A stretch of 64,000 nucleotides of DNA, taken from Callorhinchus milii (taxonomy: Eukaryota). Where the stretch lies: positions 38,070,001 through 38,134,000 of the forward strand of contig NW_024704743.1 in the NCBI RefSeq assembly GCF_018977255.1, given 5' to 3'. The position numbers were made by a program, and so were the translations under genes. Shown here piece after piece: positions 47,603-60,690 of the stretch (positions within the stretch are counted from its first letter, which is position 1; every line of letters begins with the position of its first letter). The notes beneath the pieces are model-generated. The model did not search any database. It was given only the letters and a program-made list of their open reading frames with translations, and was not told the origin of the DNA.

Positions 47603-50600
47603 AATAAAGTAGTTACAATAGACTTTTCTTTCAGAAGAGTGTTTTTTTCTCCTTTGTTTTAAATTCTGGGTTATATACTTAGGAATTGTTTTGTCTCTGG
47701 AAGCTGCGATCACATGATGTTGCTAACAACAAAATGACAGCATATCCTGATTCCTGTTTTTTCTAACTTATTTCCCCTAAAATTACATGGCACCTGCAGC
47801 ACTAGCCATGATGATTTTCACATATGCTTCTCATTATTGTGATACTTTTCCCTCATTGAGTCTCTCTCTCTGTCTCTCTCTCTCCCTATTCACGATTAAT
47901 ACTATCCCATGGTAGAAAGAGGAGACCCATAACCTGCTCCAGACATCTGCTAATCCTGTCCTGCAATTGCACATGTTGAGTTGGGCTCTGACTAGCTCCT
48001 CTCTCTCTCTCTTTCTTTCTCTCCTTGGTAAGGAATTAAATCATTGCCTTCATTTGGCTGCTCCTGTTATGTGAGAAATTCCAACCAGTGTGAATCTGTT
48101 CTGGTATAGGATGCATTACCTTAACACTGTCTGCTATACACCAGTGATGTCTCAGTATTGACGTGGAAGGTGCGTACCAGAAAGTAACTCCGTAGGTTTA
48201 CATGCTCGTGCATAGCTCCGGAGCAGCTGAATATCCTGCAAACTGGATTTCAGACACGACTGACACGGTGCCAGAAAGCCATGCTGTGAAGTAGATTCTT
48301 CAGGGAGTTAGGTGCTCAGTTAAGTGTGGTCAGTGGTACTGCTATTCATTACATCTTTTAAAAAAAACGAGTTGAATCGCCCGAGATAGGTTTGGTACAT
48401 TTTTCATGAACCTAAAAATATTAGCATTTCCCGAAGATAGTCATCAGTTTTGCTTTAATTTGATAGATCCTGAACACGCTCTCGTTTGGGAATAAATTCA
48501 TTCAAAGGATTTCCACTACTGAGATCTCACTCCAGTTGTGTTTGCAGACTTTGCATTAAAAGTAGCATTTGCTTTGCATTTTGGAACAATTCTAGAATTC
48601 AGTAAGAAGGTGCAGTGGATATCTAGGTGCAGACATACCTGAATTTTCTTGATAGTGTAGAATTCTTGATGTAATTGTGCTTAGTGAAGGATTACCTGAA
48701 TTTCCCCAATGTTAGTTTTTCCTTTTGGCCTCCAGATTTTAGAAGTGAGAACAGAAACGGTGCACTGGTTGGTTGGAACGTGACAATGAAATATAAGCAC
48801 TTCTTTTAGGAAAGCTGCTACTTCAGTCGTTAACCCTGGTTCCTGTTTAGTGGTAAAGAGAATCCCCTGAAATGAGTCGGCTGCTTGTAAAGCTGACACT
48901 GTTGCCATTGGCTTTCCTGGTGGAATCCCAAGGTAAAAATGAATCCTGGGAGACTGGTGCAATCTGTAACCTGCGATTGAGGGGTGTGGAAAAAATCATG
49001 ACCACGGCTTGTTTCTCAAATTTTGGGTGACAGCTTTTTGGCTCTATGGCATCTTTGATATCGAGGTGTGCTTAACTGTGTGAATCATTTTTAATTGACT
49101 GCTTCTGAAAGTAGCTTCGGATTTTTGAACGTACCAACTGATACTTGTGAGGGGTGTAATTAACATTGCAATTGCTCCAAGATTATTGAAAAATAATTTA
49201 AGATTAGAGGGAACTTCCAGATCCAGTACGATAATCTTTTCATAATAAAATATTACATACAAGTATCAGCTTGTAAGCCATTTTTACCGTTGTAAGCAAG
49301 GATGTACTACTTGGTTATAGTCATTAAAAACCGGTATGCTTCATTGTATTGTGGTTTTGAACCTGTGTCTGAAGAGTACGCTGCGGTGCTAAAACCAAAG
49401 TGTTCTCAGGCACTGAACTTATGATTCTTGTTATGTTTCAAAGTTTGAAAGGTATGTTGTAGAGAAGTCGTAAATAACTGCCGCGAGAACACAGTCATTG
49501 GGGGTTGCTCCTCAGGATAGTATTACTGGTACCTCATGGATGGAAAAGACACCTTGTCATGTAAACTGCATCTCCGGCAAGGAACACCATGTTTATCACT
49601 CCAAATTGGGAGATATGAGGTGACTTGGCATGATGTGCATGGAGGTACCTTTTGGTGGTGAAGCTTATATTTTCCAGTGGCGAGGCATCAGTTACTCTAA
49701 CATTGTCATGAGAAGTATGTTTCCCACCTAAATAATTAATTCAGCACTGCAAGAGTGATGGATCCACGGTAGTTTATAAAAAATATCTAGTTTCTCTTCA
49801 CCTTACCAACTGTAATGATAGTTTTATCTAATTTTGGACTTCCTGACCACCATTTTAGGCAGTAATGCTTCTAATTTGCTTCAATGAAAATTACATTAAA
49901 GCTTTCAATTCTCATGGCAATGGCAAAACGGGTATTGTAATTCATTCCAGAAGAGCGCTGCTCCATTCACTCACTGAGCCAGTACTGCTCTGTTATTCTC
50001 TCAAGCTCCCCATTAGTTATGGAATTAGGTCATAAATCCTGTTGATTTGGGTTTGTACTCAGTATGATTAAAGACCAAGGAATGTGTGAAGAATTCTCCT
50101 AACATATTGGATCATTAAAAGAAGTTGATCATGTAGCAATTAATGGTCATTTTTTAAATGGAAAACTTGCTCAAGTACAATATTGGTTATACAAGGTATG
50201 TTTAACTGATATAAAATGTATAATTTCTCCTAGTATTCCCACTGAAAGGAACCGCTCCCTAGCTCGGTGAGCCTATCACCTATCCCCACTTGCTCGCTTC
50301 CACCTCAGCATTACTAAGTGTGAACATACTAAGTATGAACAAACGTGCTCCTTTTCATTTGTGGCTTGAATGCTACTATAAATGGGGTTTTGTAATAATT
50401 AAACCATTTTCCTTTCCAGTGTGGTAGCTCTGACTTCTTTTTCACCAGTTCTGAGTAGCAGCTGAGCCTGCCTACAGTTTGGGAGGAGCCTGTGGACCAG
50501 CTCTCCTGACAATAAATTAGCCTAGGAAACAAATCAGAATGTTTGCAAGAAAGAGTTTTCTGCTATAATTTTGTAGGATTTGAGGTTCTCTGATAATATA

Positions 50601-51619
50601 CTAAAAGATCTTGTAGTTCTGAACGTCAGTCACTCTTGGATCTCCTATTTATACAGCATCTATGCATTTGAAGTTGTCCAGATTGGGCTGCTGAAAATTG
50701 AAATACACCCTGTAAACGGCACACATATGTTTACTCTGTTATTGTGTAAAGAAGCCCATCTCCCAAAGAGGTTTTCAGTAAATTGATTTAAGTTGGGGTT
50801 GTGTAAACATCCTGATTTGAGTCCCCATGGATTTCATACATGTAGAGCATAGCTCATAGGACAGTCTGATTTGAGAGGTCCGAAATACATTCAGCTTTGG
50901 GGAGCAGTTGTTTCACTGAAGACTGAGCCAGATCAAATTGTATTCAGATCTGTTTGATCTCTCATGTACACAGTGTAAAAGCTTGTGTGTCATGAAAAGC
51001 TATTACATCTTCAATGGGTGAATGCAGCCTGGTGGACTGTACTAATATCTATTGTATCAAAGTAATTCAGTTTGCTGCTCAGTGTAGCTTTTCACAGTGC
51101 GTTTGGCACACGATTCCTAAAACTGTGGGAGTCGGCTACTGATAAAGTGCGATGAATGATACAGAAACGAATACTGTATTTGCAGAATTCTATTTTGGAA
51201 GAAAAACTATGTAACTCTGTCCCACAGTTTGGCACTATCAGACCAGGAATATCATTTGCAATGCTTCTTGTGACCCAGGATCTTTAATGATGGTCTGTAT
51301 TTATATATACAGGTATAATGACACCGTCAAGGAGTAGTACTGTATTGACAAAGTAACTAAAAGATGGTGAGAAATTTAAATTATTGATATGCAACATGAT
51401 GCATTTGTGGTATTGTGCTAATTGTTAACTGATGTATTTATTTTCATTGAAAACGAATATGTTGGTTGGTGCTGAATTAACTGACCTCATTTGACACGCA
51501 GTTCAGGTCCTACAAGCGCAACTTCTGTACATGGTTATCATGCTACATAACTACATGGAAATGACATAACCCTTTGAACTTTGCATGTCCACATAAGAGC
51601 ACACCAATTCCTACTCGGT

Positions 51620-51668
51620 ATAACAGCAACAACAAAATTACATTTATAGAGCGCCTTTCACGTCGGGC
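51620..51668 (-). mobile_element. L2 LINE extreme 3' tail
   Basis: caacaacaaaatacatttatagagcgcctttcacgtcggg. Confidence 0.85.
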
Positions 51669-52859
51669 ACCTGTGTAGGGAGGGAAAAAATAACTTGGAG
51701 CTTCTGATTGCTGATACCCCTTGACTTTTGTTCCTTGACTTCTGCTGTTCCTTGACTTATGCTGGAAGTGTATGTGTGAATGTCATGTGAGGACAGCATT
51801 GAGCATTGTTGCCTTCCATGACTGTGCAACCTTCCATGACCAATGTCGCCTTCCGAAGCTCATGTTTTAGGTTCACACGTGAGTATCAGGACTGTGTGCA
51901 ATCAGATGGCGGGGTGGGGAGGATGCTAAAGATTAACACTGGAACATAAAATTATTTGAGCTTTTACATGGTGTGGTATAATGTGTACTGGCCAAATTGA
52001 AGGGTTTTTCAATGAAGTAACGTAAAACAGTAGATAACCACACACTCTGCAGGTGTTTATATTACTACATTAAAATGTGGCAATCTTTGCAGGAGACAAA
52101 TACTTTTTAAAATCTCTGTAAATCAACCCTTGGGTCTGGCAAAGAAAATGCTGCAACAAGCAAGTAATTAAATGATACAAATGAGGTTTATTTTTAGCAC
52201 CAAATTATTTTAACCTATAACAGCCCAAAGATGTCTCAAAGCACTGCACATAATTTTATTGTAACGTAGTGACTATGTATTTGTAGGTAAATACAACAGC
52301 CAATTTACGCACATCAATGTTCGACCAACAAATGTGAAGCGACTGTTATTTTTTATTTACAACGTTTAATATTTTATATTTCTATTGGGAGGTTTTATGA
52401 TTCTTGCCAACCAAATTCAGATACCATTGATCAGGTACCAGTGTTGGACTAGTCCAATACAGATATGCAGTTTCTTCATAAATGAAATGTGTTACTTTGA
52501 AGTACTACTTAGATAACTTGACAGCCATCTTCTAACATTGATTGCCTTCAAGGGGAAAGGTTGGCAGGGAGGAGAAATGGTTTATGCTCATTGTGGGACT
52601 GAGTAAACACCTAAACAGGGAGAATGTAGTTGCAGCTGAGTTTTGAAACTCCTGCATTGATATTTCTATTCATGCCATAAAGAAACTACTGTAAGATATT
52701 GGTGGCTATGCTAATGGTCATTGAACAAATATTTGGAGTTGATGCATTGTGATTGCTATTGGTTTTAGTTTTTATTTTCTCTGGTTTGTTTCACACATTA
52801 CTGCTAGCCACCACTTCCCTGCCGTTGGCCTGAAGTTAGAACGTATAATCAGTGATAAT

Positions 52860-53390
52860 ACAACAACAACAACAAGATTCCATTTATAGAGCGCCTTTCA
52901 CGTCGGGAGGACGTCCTAAGGCGCTGTACAGTAGGGTCAGGACCCGAGCAGGGGGGAAATGGTCAGGGTGAGGGAAGGGAGGGAGCGAGGGGGGGGGGTA
53001 GAGAGTCGAGAGGGGAGCTGAAGGCTCGGTCAAAGAGAAAGGTCTTGAGACCGGCCTTGAAGGAGGAAAGGGAGGAGGCGGCGAAGGCACTGGGGGATAG
53101 AGTTCCAGAGCCTAGGGGCTGAGAGGCTGATGGCCCGACCACCGATGGTAGGGCGGTTGGGGCGGGGGATGTGGAGCAGACCGGAGCCGGAGGAACGGAG
53201 GGTACGGGCAGGTAGGTAGGGGGATAGTAGGTCAGAGAGGTAGGAGGGAGCAAGGCCGTGGATGGCTTTGTAGGTGAGAATGAGGATCTTGAATTCGATC
53301 TTCTGGGGGATGGGGAGCCAGTGGAGGCGAGCGAGGGTGGGAGTGATGTGGTCACGAAGCCTAGTGCGGGACAGTACACGAGCTGCAGAG
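52860..53390 (-). mobile_element. Young 5'-truncated L2 LINE
   Basis: Reverse strand encodes HITPTLASLHWLPIPQKIEFKILILTYKAIHGLAPSYL...; near-identical to 19585-20016; (CAA)n tail. Confidence 0.95.
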
Positions 53391-54007
53391 TTCTCAGTCA
53401 GTTGTCAGTCAGTGATATGGGAGCTAACAGCAGTAACAGATTCTGTCAATTACTGCATCATCATAATAATAATGCAGTGTCTGAATAATGTTCTCAATGT
53501 GAAGCTGTATTCAAATGATGGTTCATGACTGAACTCTGATATTGAGCCCGGTACTCTAAAACTGGAACTTTTGTTCATTGATTTGTAGTTTTCCAGAAAT
53601 CTTAACTAGTTTCAGGAAGTTCTTAAAGCTTCTGTGGCACATCAGTGATTCCAGGATAATAACTTGTAGCACTTAACAGTGTAGTCTGTACAATGCAGTT
53701 ATGCTTGCAAAATATGAGAAGAGTTTTGGTATGTGCACTGTACGATCTCTCCTATTTTAACTTTTGTTCACAGGATTGTTCCCATTCTTTATAAACCTCA
53801 AACTTTTACAAAGCATTATGATTTGTTAATCATTCTTTTATTTTTTTTGCGAGTGAGGCAAATGTTTTTGTTCAAATGGCATTAAAATTGATTTGATTTA
53901 TGTGGAAGGGAGGAGCATCCTACTTGTTTTTATCAACTCAAAAAATCGGAAGTGTCTGTGTTGTTGCAATTTATGTCGTTGTTTGCAAACAAAATATTTT
54001 ATTTTTA

Positions 54008-54113
54008 CCTCTCCTGATCCCAACCACCAGCTCGGGTGAACATCCTTGACTATCCAACAACTTGGGACATCCTCCGGACGTGAAAGGCACTATACAAATG
54101 TAATTTGTTGTTG
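54008..54113 (+). mobile_element. L2 LINE 3' tail
   Basis: cttgggacatcctccggacgtgaaaggcactatacaaatgtaatttgttgttg. Confidence 0.85.
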
Positions 54114-54124
54114 AATAAGATAGT

Positions 54125-55210
54125 AAGCAACTTCAGGGGGACTGTAGACTACTTCATTGTTTGGGCAGAGAGATGGCGGTTGAATTTCAATGCAAATATG
54201 TGAGGTTATACATTTTGGGAGGAAAAATAGAGAAATTATATTTTGGGTAACATTTTAAAAGAAATGGAAAAGCAGACGGACCCAGGGGTTAACGTACATA
54301 AATTCTTAAAGGTGGGAAGGCAGGTGAACAAAAGTCTAAGTGCCTTGGAATGTCCTCCGAACATAAGGACACGTGTATAAATGGAGACTTCTGGTATTGT
54401 ATTTTAGAAAGCAGATGGAATCCTAGGTTTTATGAATAGAGGTAAAGAATAGAAAATCAGAAAGATAATGGTAAATTGTTAGTTAGCTTGCAGTTAGAAT
54501 ACTGTGTCCAGTTCTGGTCACCCCACTTTGGGAAGGATGCTAAAGCCATAGAAGAAGTGTGGAGAAGATGTTGCAGAGGTGAGCGGTTTGGCCTATGAGC
54601 AGAGGCAGGAGGGATGGGAATTTTTTGTGTTGAAACAAAGAAGGTTAAGGGATTGGAATTTTTTGCGTTGGAACAAAGGAGGTTAAGAAGCTTATTAAGA
54701 TTGAGTCTTTCCAGTTATGATGGGTTTTGATAGAGTCAACAGGGAGAAATTATTTCCACTGGTCAGTGACGAGAGGGCATCAATTTAAGATACTTAGAAA
54801 ATGAGCAAATGGGGAGATTAGGATAATTTTTCATACGTGAAGTTGTTAGGATATGGAAAGCCCTGCAGGAAGCAGTAGTTGAGGCTGAATCCATCTTAGC
54901 TTTCAAAAGGGAACTAGATAGGTATTTACAAAGGAGTAAACTACAGGGAATGGGGAAAGGATAGGTAAATTGGACTGAAAGGATTGCTCTTTGAAAGAGC
55001 CAGCTATGGACAGTATGAGACTGAGATAGATAGATTTCTTATTGCAAAAGGTATTAAGGGATATGGGGATAAGGCAGTGTCAGGTTATTAGCTGGAGTTA
55101 GATTAGAAGATCAGCCATGATTGAATGGCGGGACAGGCTCGAAGGGCCGAATGGCCTACTCCTGCTCCTACATGTTATGTTATGAGCTGAATAGTCTTCT
55201 TTGCTATAAG
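54125..55210 (+). mobile_element. Decayed CR1 LINE 3' kilobase carrying nested insertions
   Basis: Remnants of LQ.D..WA..W.L.FN..C.V.HFG, LEYCVQFWSPH, GFDRVNREKLFPL and VVR.WKAL motifs, plus the CR1-type 3' UTR. Confidence 0.9.
55018..55184 (+). mobile_element. Younger CR1 3' tail nested in the older CR1
   Basis: agactgagatagatagattt ... ggctcgaagggccgaatggcctactcctgctccta followed by (ATGTT)n. Confidence 0.85.
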
Positions 55211-57364
55211 TTTACAATTAAATATGTTTTTTTAAATAGATCGACATCAGATATTGATCATAATTGTAAGTTTTTTTAAAAATGGATGTTTAATACCAAG
55301 TATGTGGTACCTCATTTGTTCCATAAGAGTCATGTACACTGATCTCGGGAGCATAGAAGTAGATAAGGATCTTTTCAGACTTCCTTCAAAAAGAGCACTG
55401 CAGTGTGGATGCTATGCAGAACAGTTTATTTTGGTACATTGTTTAAATCCAGGTTGGTTATAAGGATTTATGTCTCGTCTTTTTGTTTGTTCATTGGGTT
55501 CCTGGAATGGTTAGATCATGTGGACTTTTCAGCTGACAGCTCTATTATATTTAGAGTGGTTAAGCGACTGGGTCCATTACATTACTTTGAACAAAGTGTT
55601 CACTCTCCCATTTCTTTTTCAGTACTGGACTCTTCACAGTAAACTAAAATGAGCTGCTGCTAATCTTGCTCCTTTAAACCCCAGATCTATATTCAAAGGT
55701 GTAAAATGTTCTACTGTAAAACACTAGAAACAGCCAACTACATGTGAACATAAATATAATAAATTGACAAGGAAACGTTAACTGTCAGGAGGTAGAAAAG
55801 TAAAATGTTCTGGCGTGTGGATGTTTGGACGACAGCCCAGTCTCCTGCTGCTCCTTTCTACAGCCACTTTAGTTTCTGTTACTTGTTGCCAAAGCCCAGG
55901 AATACATGATTAAAGGAGATTTGTTGCTGTTGATTATGAAAGCGCTCCAGATGGTTTGAATAACATGGTGCACATACAATGCTTCCTTGCGCTTGTGCAT
56001 CCTGTGTATTGTCTTTATGTTTTTTCTCCATCAGGATTGTGCAAACAAGAGTTTGGGAAAAACTCATGTTGCAGTCCAGTACAAACAGAATAATAGCTGG
56101 TTTGTTCTCATGTTACGAGCACTGTAATATAATCAAGGGATGCAGACTGAGAGCAAAGCAGTTTGCAAAGGCGCACAAATTTCCAAGATTGTGCTGCCGG
56201 TTTGTAACGCTTATACCTAAAGCCACTATCGTTTGTACAGTGTTTGCTTTCCTCAATACAACACTGTTCTATCAGCGGTCCTGGCTGCAACTTGATTCCA
56301 AAGTCGAGGTGAAACTGCTTCCAAGCAGATGGTGTCTTGCAATACTGCACAGTGAAATTGGGTAATGGAACCTAAAAGAAGGCGGAAAAAAACACAAAGT
56401 TTGTTTTAACCAAGTCCTAAAAAAATCTACGGTATTATATTTAGGAAAGATTTTCTCCACAAGTCAATTTATTTTGAGTATTTCAAAGCTTGTGCCCCTT
56501 TTTGTCGAGGTAGAGCATTACTCAATATAGTCCAGAAATCTAGTCCAAGACCTGCTGTTGTTACAAGGTTGGTAAGATTCTTTGTGGTCTTTTGAGACTT
56601 GGTATCACAGCAGTTTTGGAGCTGTTTTCCTGCTGTAAAACCCATTACTTCAAGCTATTTCCAAATTCATATCAGTTTTCCCCAGTTTAATTTGGTACGA
56701 TATTGTGAGTTTTTTTTAGTGATTGCATAAGAATTCTATTAGAAGGCTCACATTGTTTGTGCCAACTCCTCAGTTGATTGATTGATTTATATGCTGTGTA
56801 GTTTTGTCTAGTTTTCCAGTATACTGGAATCCGTCAGGAGTTTATTTTGCGGCAACGCCCATCAGTCTGACCATCCATTCTGTAATCATATTTGCTGGAT
56901 TAGTAATATTCAAATATGTTATTTTGACCAAACATAACTATATAATCAGACACTGGGCGTCTTTCTGAAAATGGGCCCGTTTAAAATTCTGTCTGGGAGC
57001 ATTTTAGAGGTCCATGTCCAACATTTATTGGATTCGTTGTCATTTCAATGGGTAAGGATTAACTACCAAACTCAATGAGAAAATTCTAAGTTCACTATGT
57101 CAACCCCTTTCCGCTCAAGTGTATTTTATCAGTTGTGAATAGGTGGGGGAAATAATGTTCAAGGTATGCTTCGATTTATATGGGCTTTTTGTGACTCTGG
57201 CTCACTATTCTAATTTTGTTTCCAGTAATGTATAGTTTGCTAATTTATAGTCTAGACTGCATTGAAGGCTCCATTCTTATTTATGACTTGTTCTGCTGTG
57301 CAAATCTAGAGAGACGATTGGAAAAAAGTGATCGTGCTTTTATAATAAATTATGCTTAGTTTTA

Positions 57365-57570
57365 TTGTCTTCTTTCCATTTCTGAAGGCACTTCACTTAT
57401 TTTTCCTTTGACTGAGGTGCAGTTCCATGGATGTCAGTTGTCTTTCGTACCTCATCCAAGTAGACTTTATTCATGGGTCAGCCTTAATAGTATCAGTTAT
57501 TAGGATATTTAATGGCTGGGGCATCAGAGCTGAGTCTGATCCTGTCTTCATCCAATGTTCACATGTGTAC
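57365..57570 (-). mobile_element. Ancient SINE-like family, 3' part
   Basis: ctgaaggca ... gtacctcatccaagt ... gcatcagagctgag ... gatcctgtcttcatcc; reverse of 38100-38270. Confidence 0.55.
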
Positions 57571-57892
57571 ACCAACAGCAACAACTCAAGTTCATCAATT
57601 TGAATAATCCGGGGCACTGAATTCAATTGTATGTCTACTGCCACCCTGTCTGAGATCTGCAAATTTAACATGCATTCCATCACCTAACCTGGAATTTTCA
57701 AAGAATGTAATGCCGAATAAACTCATTGAGCCATTGACAGTTCACAATTTGATTTCTCAAGATGGAAATATCCTCGTTATTTTTACCATCGGATTGATGA
57801 CAGCCAATAAAAGTACGAAGCCTGAAAAATTTGAGAGAATGAGGAAATCAATAATTGATAATCCTGGAATGTTTACTAATATATATTAAAAT

Positions 57893-58110
57893 CATAATAC
57901 TTGCATTTGATATAGCACCTTTCATGTCAGGGGACTGCCTCAAAGCTCTTCACAGAATATTCTGTAAAGTGGAGTGACTGTATTTTGTGGGTGAATGTGG
58001 CAGCCAATCTGCGCACAGCAAATAACCACAAAGTGAATGACCAATTTTATTTGGGAGATGTTTGGTCAGGACACCGGGAGGTGAGAGTTATACCAACTGA
58101 GCCAAGCTGA
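57893..58110 (-). mobile_element. Old Deu-type SINE (internally deleted)
   Basis: ttgcatttgatatagcacctttcatgtc ... gcagccaatctgcgcacagc ... ggtcaggacaccgggag ... aactgagcc. Confidence 0.8.
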
Positions 58111-58835
58111 CACAAAATGGAAATGGTTTTAATGCTGCCTTCTGGTGTCTAATCACCTCTGAAATTTGTGTGAGATCAGAACAGTGCATTCTGCTTTATT
58201 AGATATGGTTGTCTATGAACACTAACGTGAACTCTACATCAAAAGTGTATTGTATGTAATCAAGAGAGAAATGAAAAATCACTTAAAATAAAACCTAATG
58301 ACTTTCTCTCTGGTGAGGAAATCCTTTAACTTAAACTGTGGTAGTTTTGTGTAGTTATTGAGTTTAACATCTCAAGTTGTTGAGTGATTAGAAAGATGCA
58401 TTTTGATCTTGTGGACCACTTGTTTTAAATCCCTTCTATAATCGTTTGCTGCCTATTTGTTGCTTAAAATGGGAAACAATTTGTTGTTTGAAGCCTGGCA
58501 GAAATAGAATTCAGTTAATTTCAGTTTGAGTATAAAACTAACTTCAATTAAAAGAATTTTTAATCCAGATTCTGGCAACTAATCAGTCATCCAATTGTGA
58601 AAGGGAAGTTCTGGGAGTAATGACTGAGTGTTTAGTACTTACTCATAAGTCGCATTGACTTTGTTTACAAAGGAGTATTTATTTATTTAAGGATCCTCTA
58701 CCCATTCATCAAACAACAGATGCAAGCAGGGGCCAAGGACCCTCTGTAGGAATACCCACTTCCTATCGTCAGTATCAGTCTGTCATTGCAATGTCTGCTT
58801 TCAGGCAGATCCAACATTTATTTCCTTCCTCCTAG

Positions 58836-58866
58836 CTTTTGTCATGTTTATGGGACGCGTATAATG
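58836..58866 (+). other. Possible 31-nt microexon
   Basis: Acceptor tttatttccttcctcctag| and consensus donor ATG|gtaagt; no independent support. Confidence 0.3.
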
Positions 58867-60189
58867 GTAAGTAATTCACATTTGTAGCTCTTGCTTCTAA
58901 AGTTTCCTTTTCAGTTTATGTCTGCCGCACACTTTGATGCACTTGATCATGATAGTTTTAATGAATTATACTTTGAAAATGTTTTTAGGGAATAGAGAAG
59001 TATGGAAGGGGATAGGGAAAAGGGATTAAGATGGGTGGAGTATAAACACAAAGATGGATGAGTTTGGCTAAATGGCATGTTTTGGTGCTGTGCAGTTTAT
59101 ATCATACTATGCAAAGCTGGGGATTCAGGGTTATTGTGCCAGTAGGACATTGCTTAAGATTGTGTAATTTACAGACTAAAATGGTTACAATGCTTGATAA
59201 TATTCAAACTTTTGATGATGCAATCTTGCCTTTCTTAGTCATCTATGGTGGAGTGAGCTATTAGTAAAGGAAGAATATCCGTCCGTTCAGCCATCCATTT
59301 ACAGTTCCTCACTGCAGCTCTATTTCCTTAAGATCCTTTTGTGTTATACAAATGTTTGGAAAGTTGCTGTTGCATGCGGAGAACAAATGGGACGACATTC
59401 TCCCGGTGAAGTATGCCTTCAGCATACACATTTGCAGCTGGCAGGAAGCCACTGTTCCTCAGATTGTGGAGAGTTGGCTTAAGTTGTCACGAGCTGATCT
59501 CATCAGTTGTGGTTGTGTCAGGAAGGGGCAGTAAGGATGCGATGGATGTATTGGTGAGGATTGCAATGCATCTGCAGCTTAGTCACTGTTCACGACAATT
59601 GAATTTCTGATTGGATTGTGGATACATTGGATGCTTCTTATGTCCTAGGGAAAATGCAGATATTAAATTGAATAATTGTTAAAAAAAAGTACAGGAATTT
59701 GAGCAGAAATAGTGTAGTTAGGATAAACAGTCAACACCACATCCAGTCTATAGTAAATCCTGTGAAGTGCTTTAAGATGTTTTGATGATATAATAAGGTT
59801 ATTATCAAATGCAAGGAATATTATTGTAATTATTTACTCTGTAACATCCTTGGCTGTTGTAACTGAAGTAATTATCCAGGTATTGTGAAAACATTTCTGC
59901 TGCAGTACCCATTCAGCCAATTACGTTTGCCTTTTGTTCTCCTTCAGAACAGACTGTAGTGCCTTTAAATATGTTAACCCCCCCCGCCCGCAATTCATTC
60001 TTCACATGCAGTTGATCCCTGGTAGGGAAGAGTAGGTTCAGATGATCTGCTCCTAGGTTTCCATCAATACCACTCTTACTTGCAATGTGTGGTGATTATT
60101 CAGATACTGATGGAATAAGATATGGGAGCTATGCTTACCATTCTGTAATGCCATTTGTTGGCTTCAAGGTCTCAGACCGCAGTATTTTG

Positions 60190-60690
60190 GCGATAACATC
60201 CACATATACAGGGTTAACATCCACATGTTATGAGGACGACACCCAAACCTACTTTTCCACTTCCATTCTTGATACCAGGTCAACTGATGTTCCGTCTGCT
60301 TGTCTGCCAGACGTTGGAACCTGGATTGAGCCGCAGTTACCTGCAATAAAACATGGACAAGACAGACGCCATTCTTCCACCAACATCTCGCACTTCCGGC
60401 TCTGACCTCCTCAACCTCCTTGACTTCTCTCTTAAACTCACCAAACTAGGGTGCATCCTTGGTGTCTGATTTGATCCTCAGCTCTCTCCTCTCTCTCGCA
60501 TCCCTCCTAGACAGGCAAGGACTGGGGTGATGAATGTACAGAGTTTGGTGTGGGAAGTGGAGTTTTGGATAGGATGGAGCTTATGAATGGTAGAGCTTGG
60601 AAGACCAGCGAAGAGTGCAGTAGGCATTGACCTTAATTGGCGCATTGCTCGCCTCCACCCTTGCTTCACACCAAATGCTGCCAATATCCT
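60190..60690 (+). mobile_element. Old rearranged L2 LINE RT fragment
   Basis: YEDDTQ (degenerate YADDTQ) and LGV.FD.QLS on +. AGLPSSTIHKL.PIQNS...ITPVLA on - (about 60505-60625). RIARLHP on + (about 60640-60690). Confidence 0.8.

Noticed and set aside
48142..48262. Possible small MITE (cagtgatgtctc ... cagacacgactg)
   Set aside because: 12-bp IR with mismatches and no TSD.
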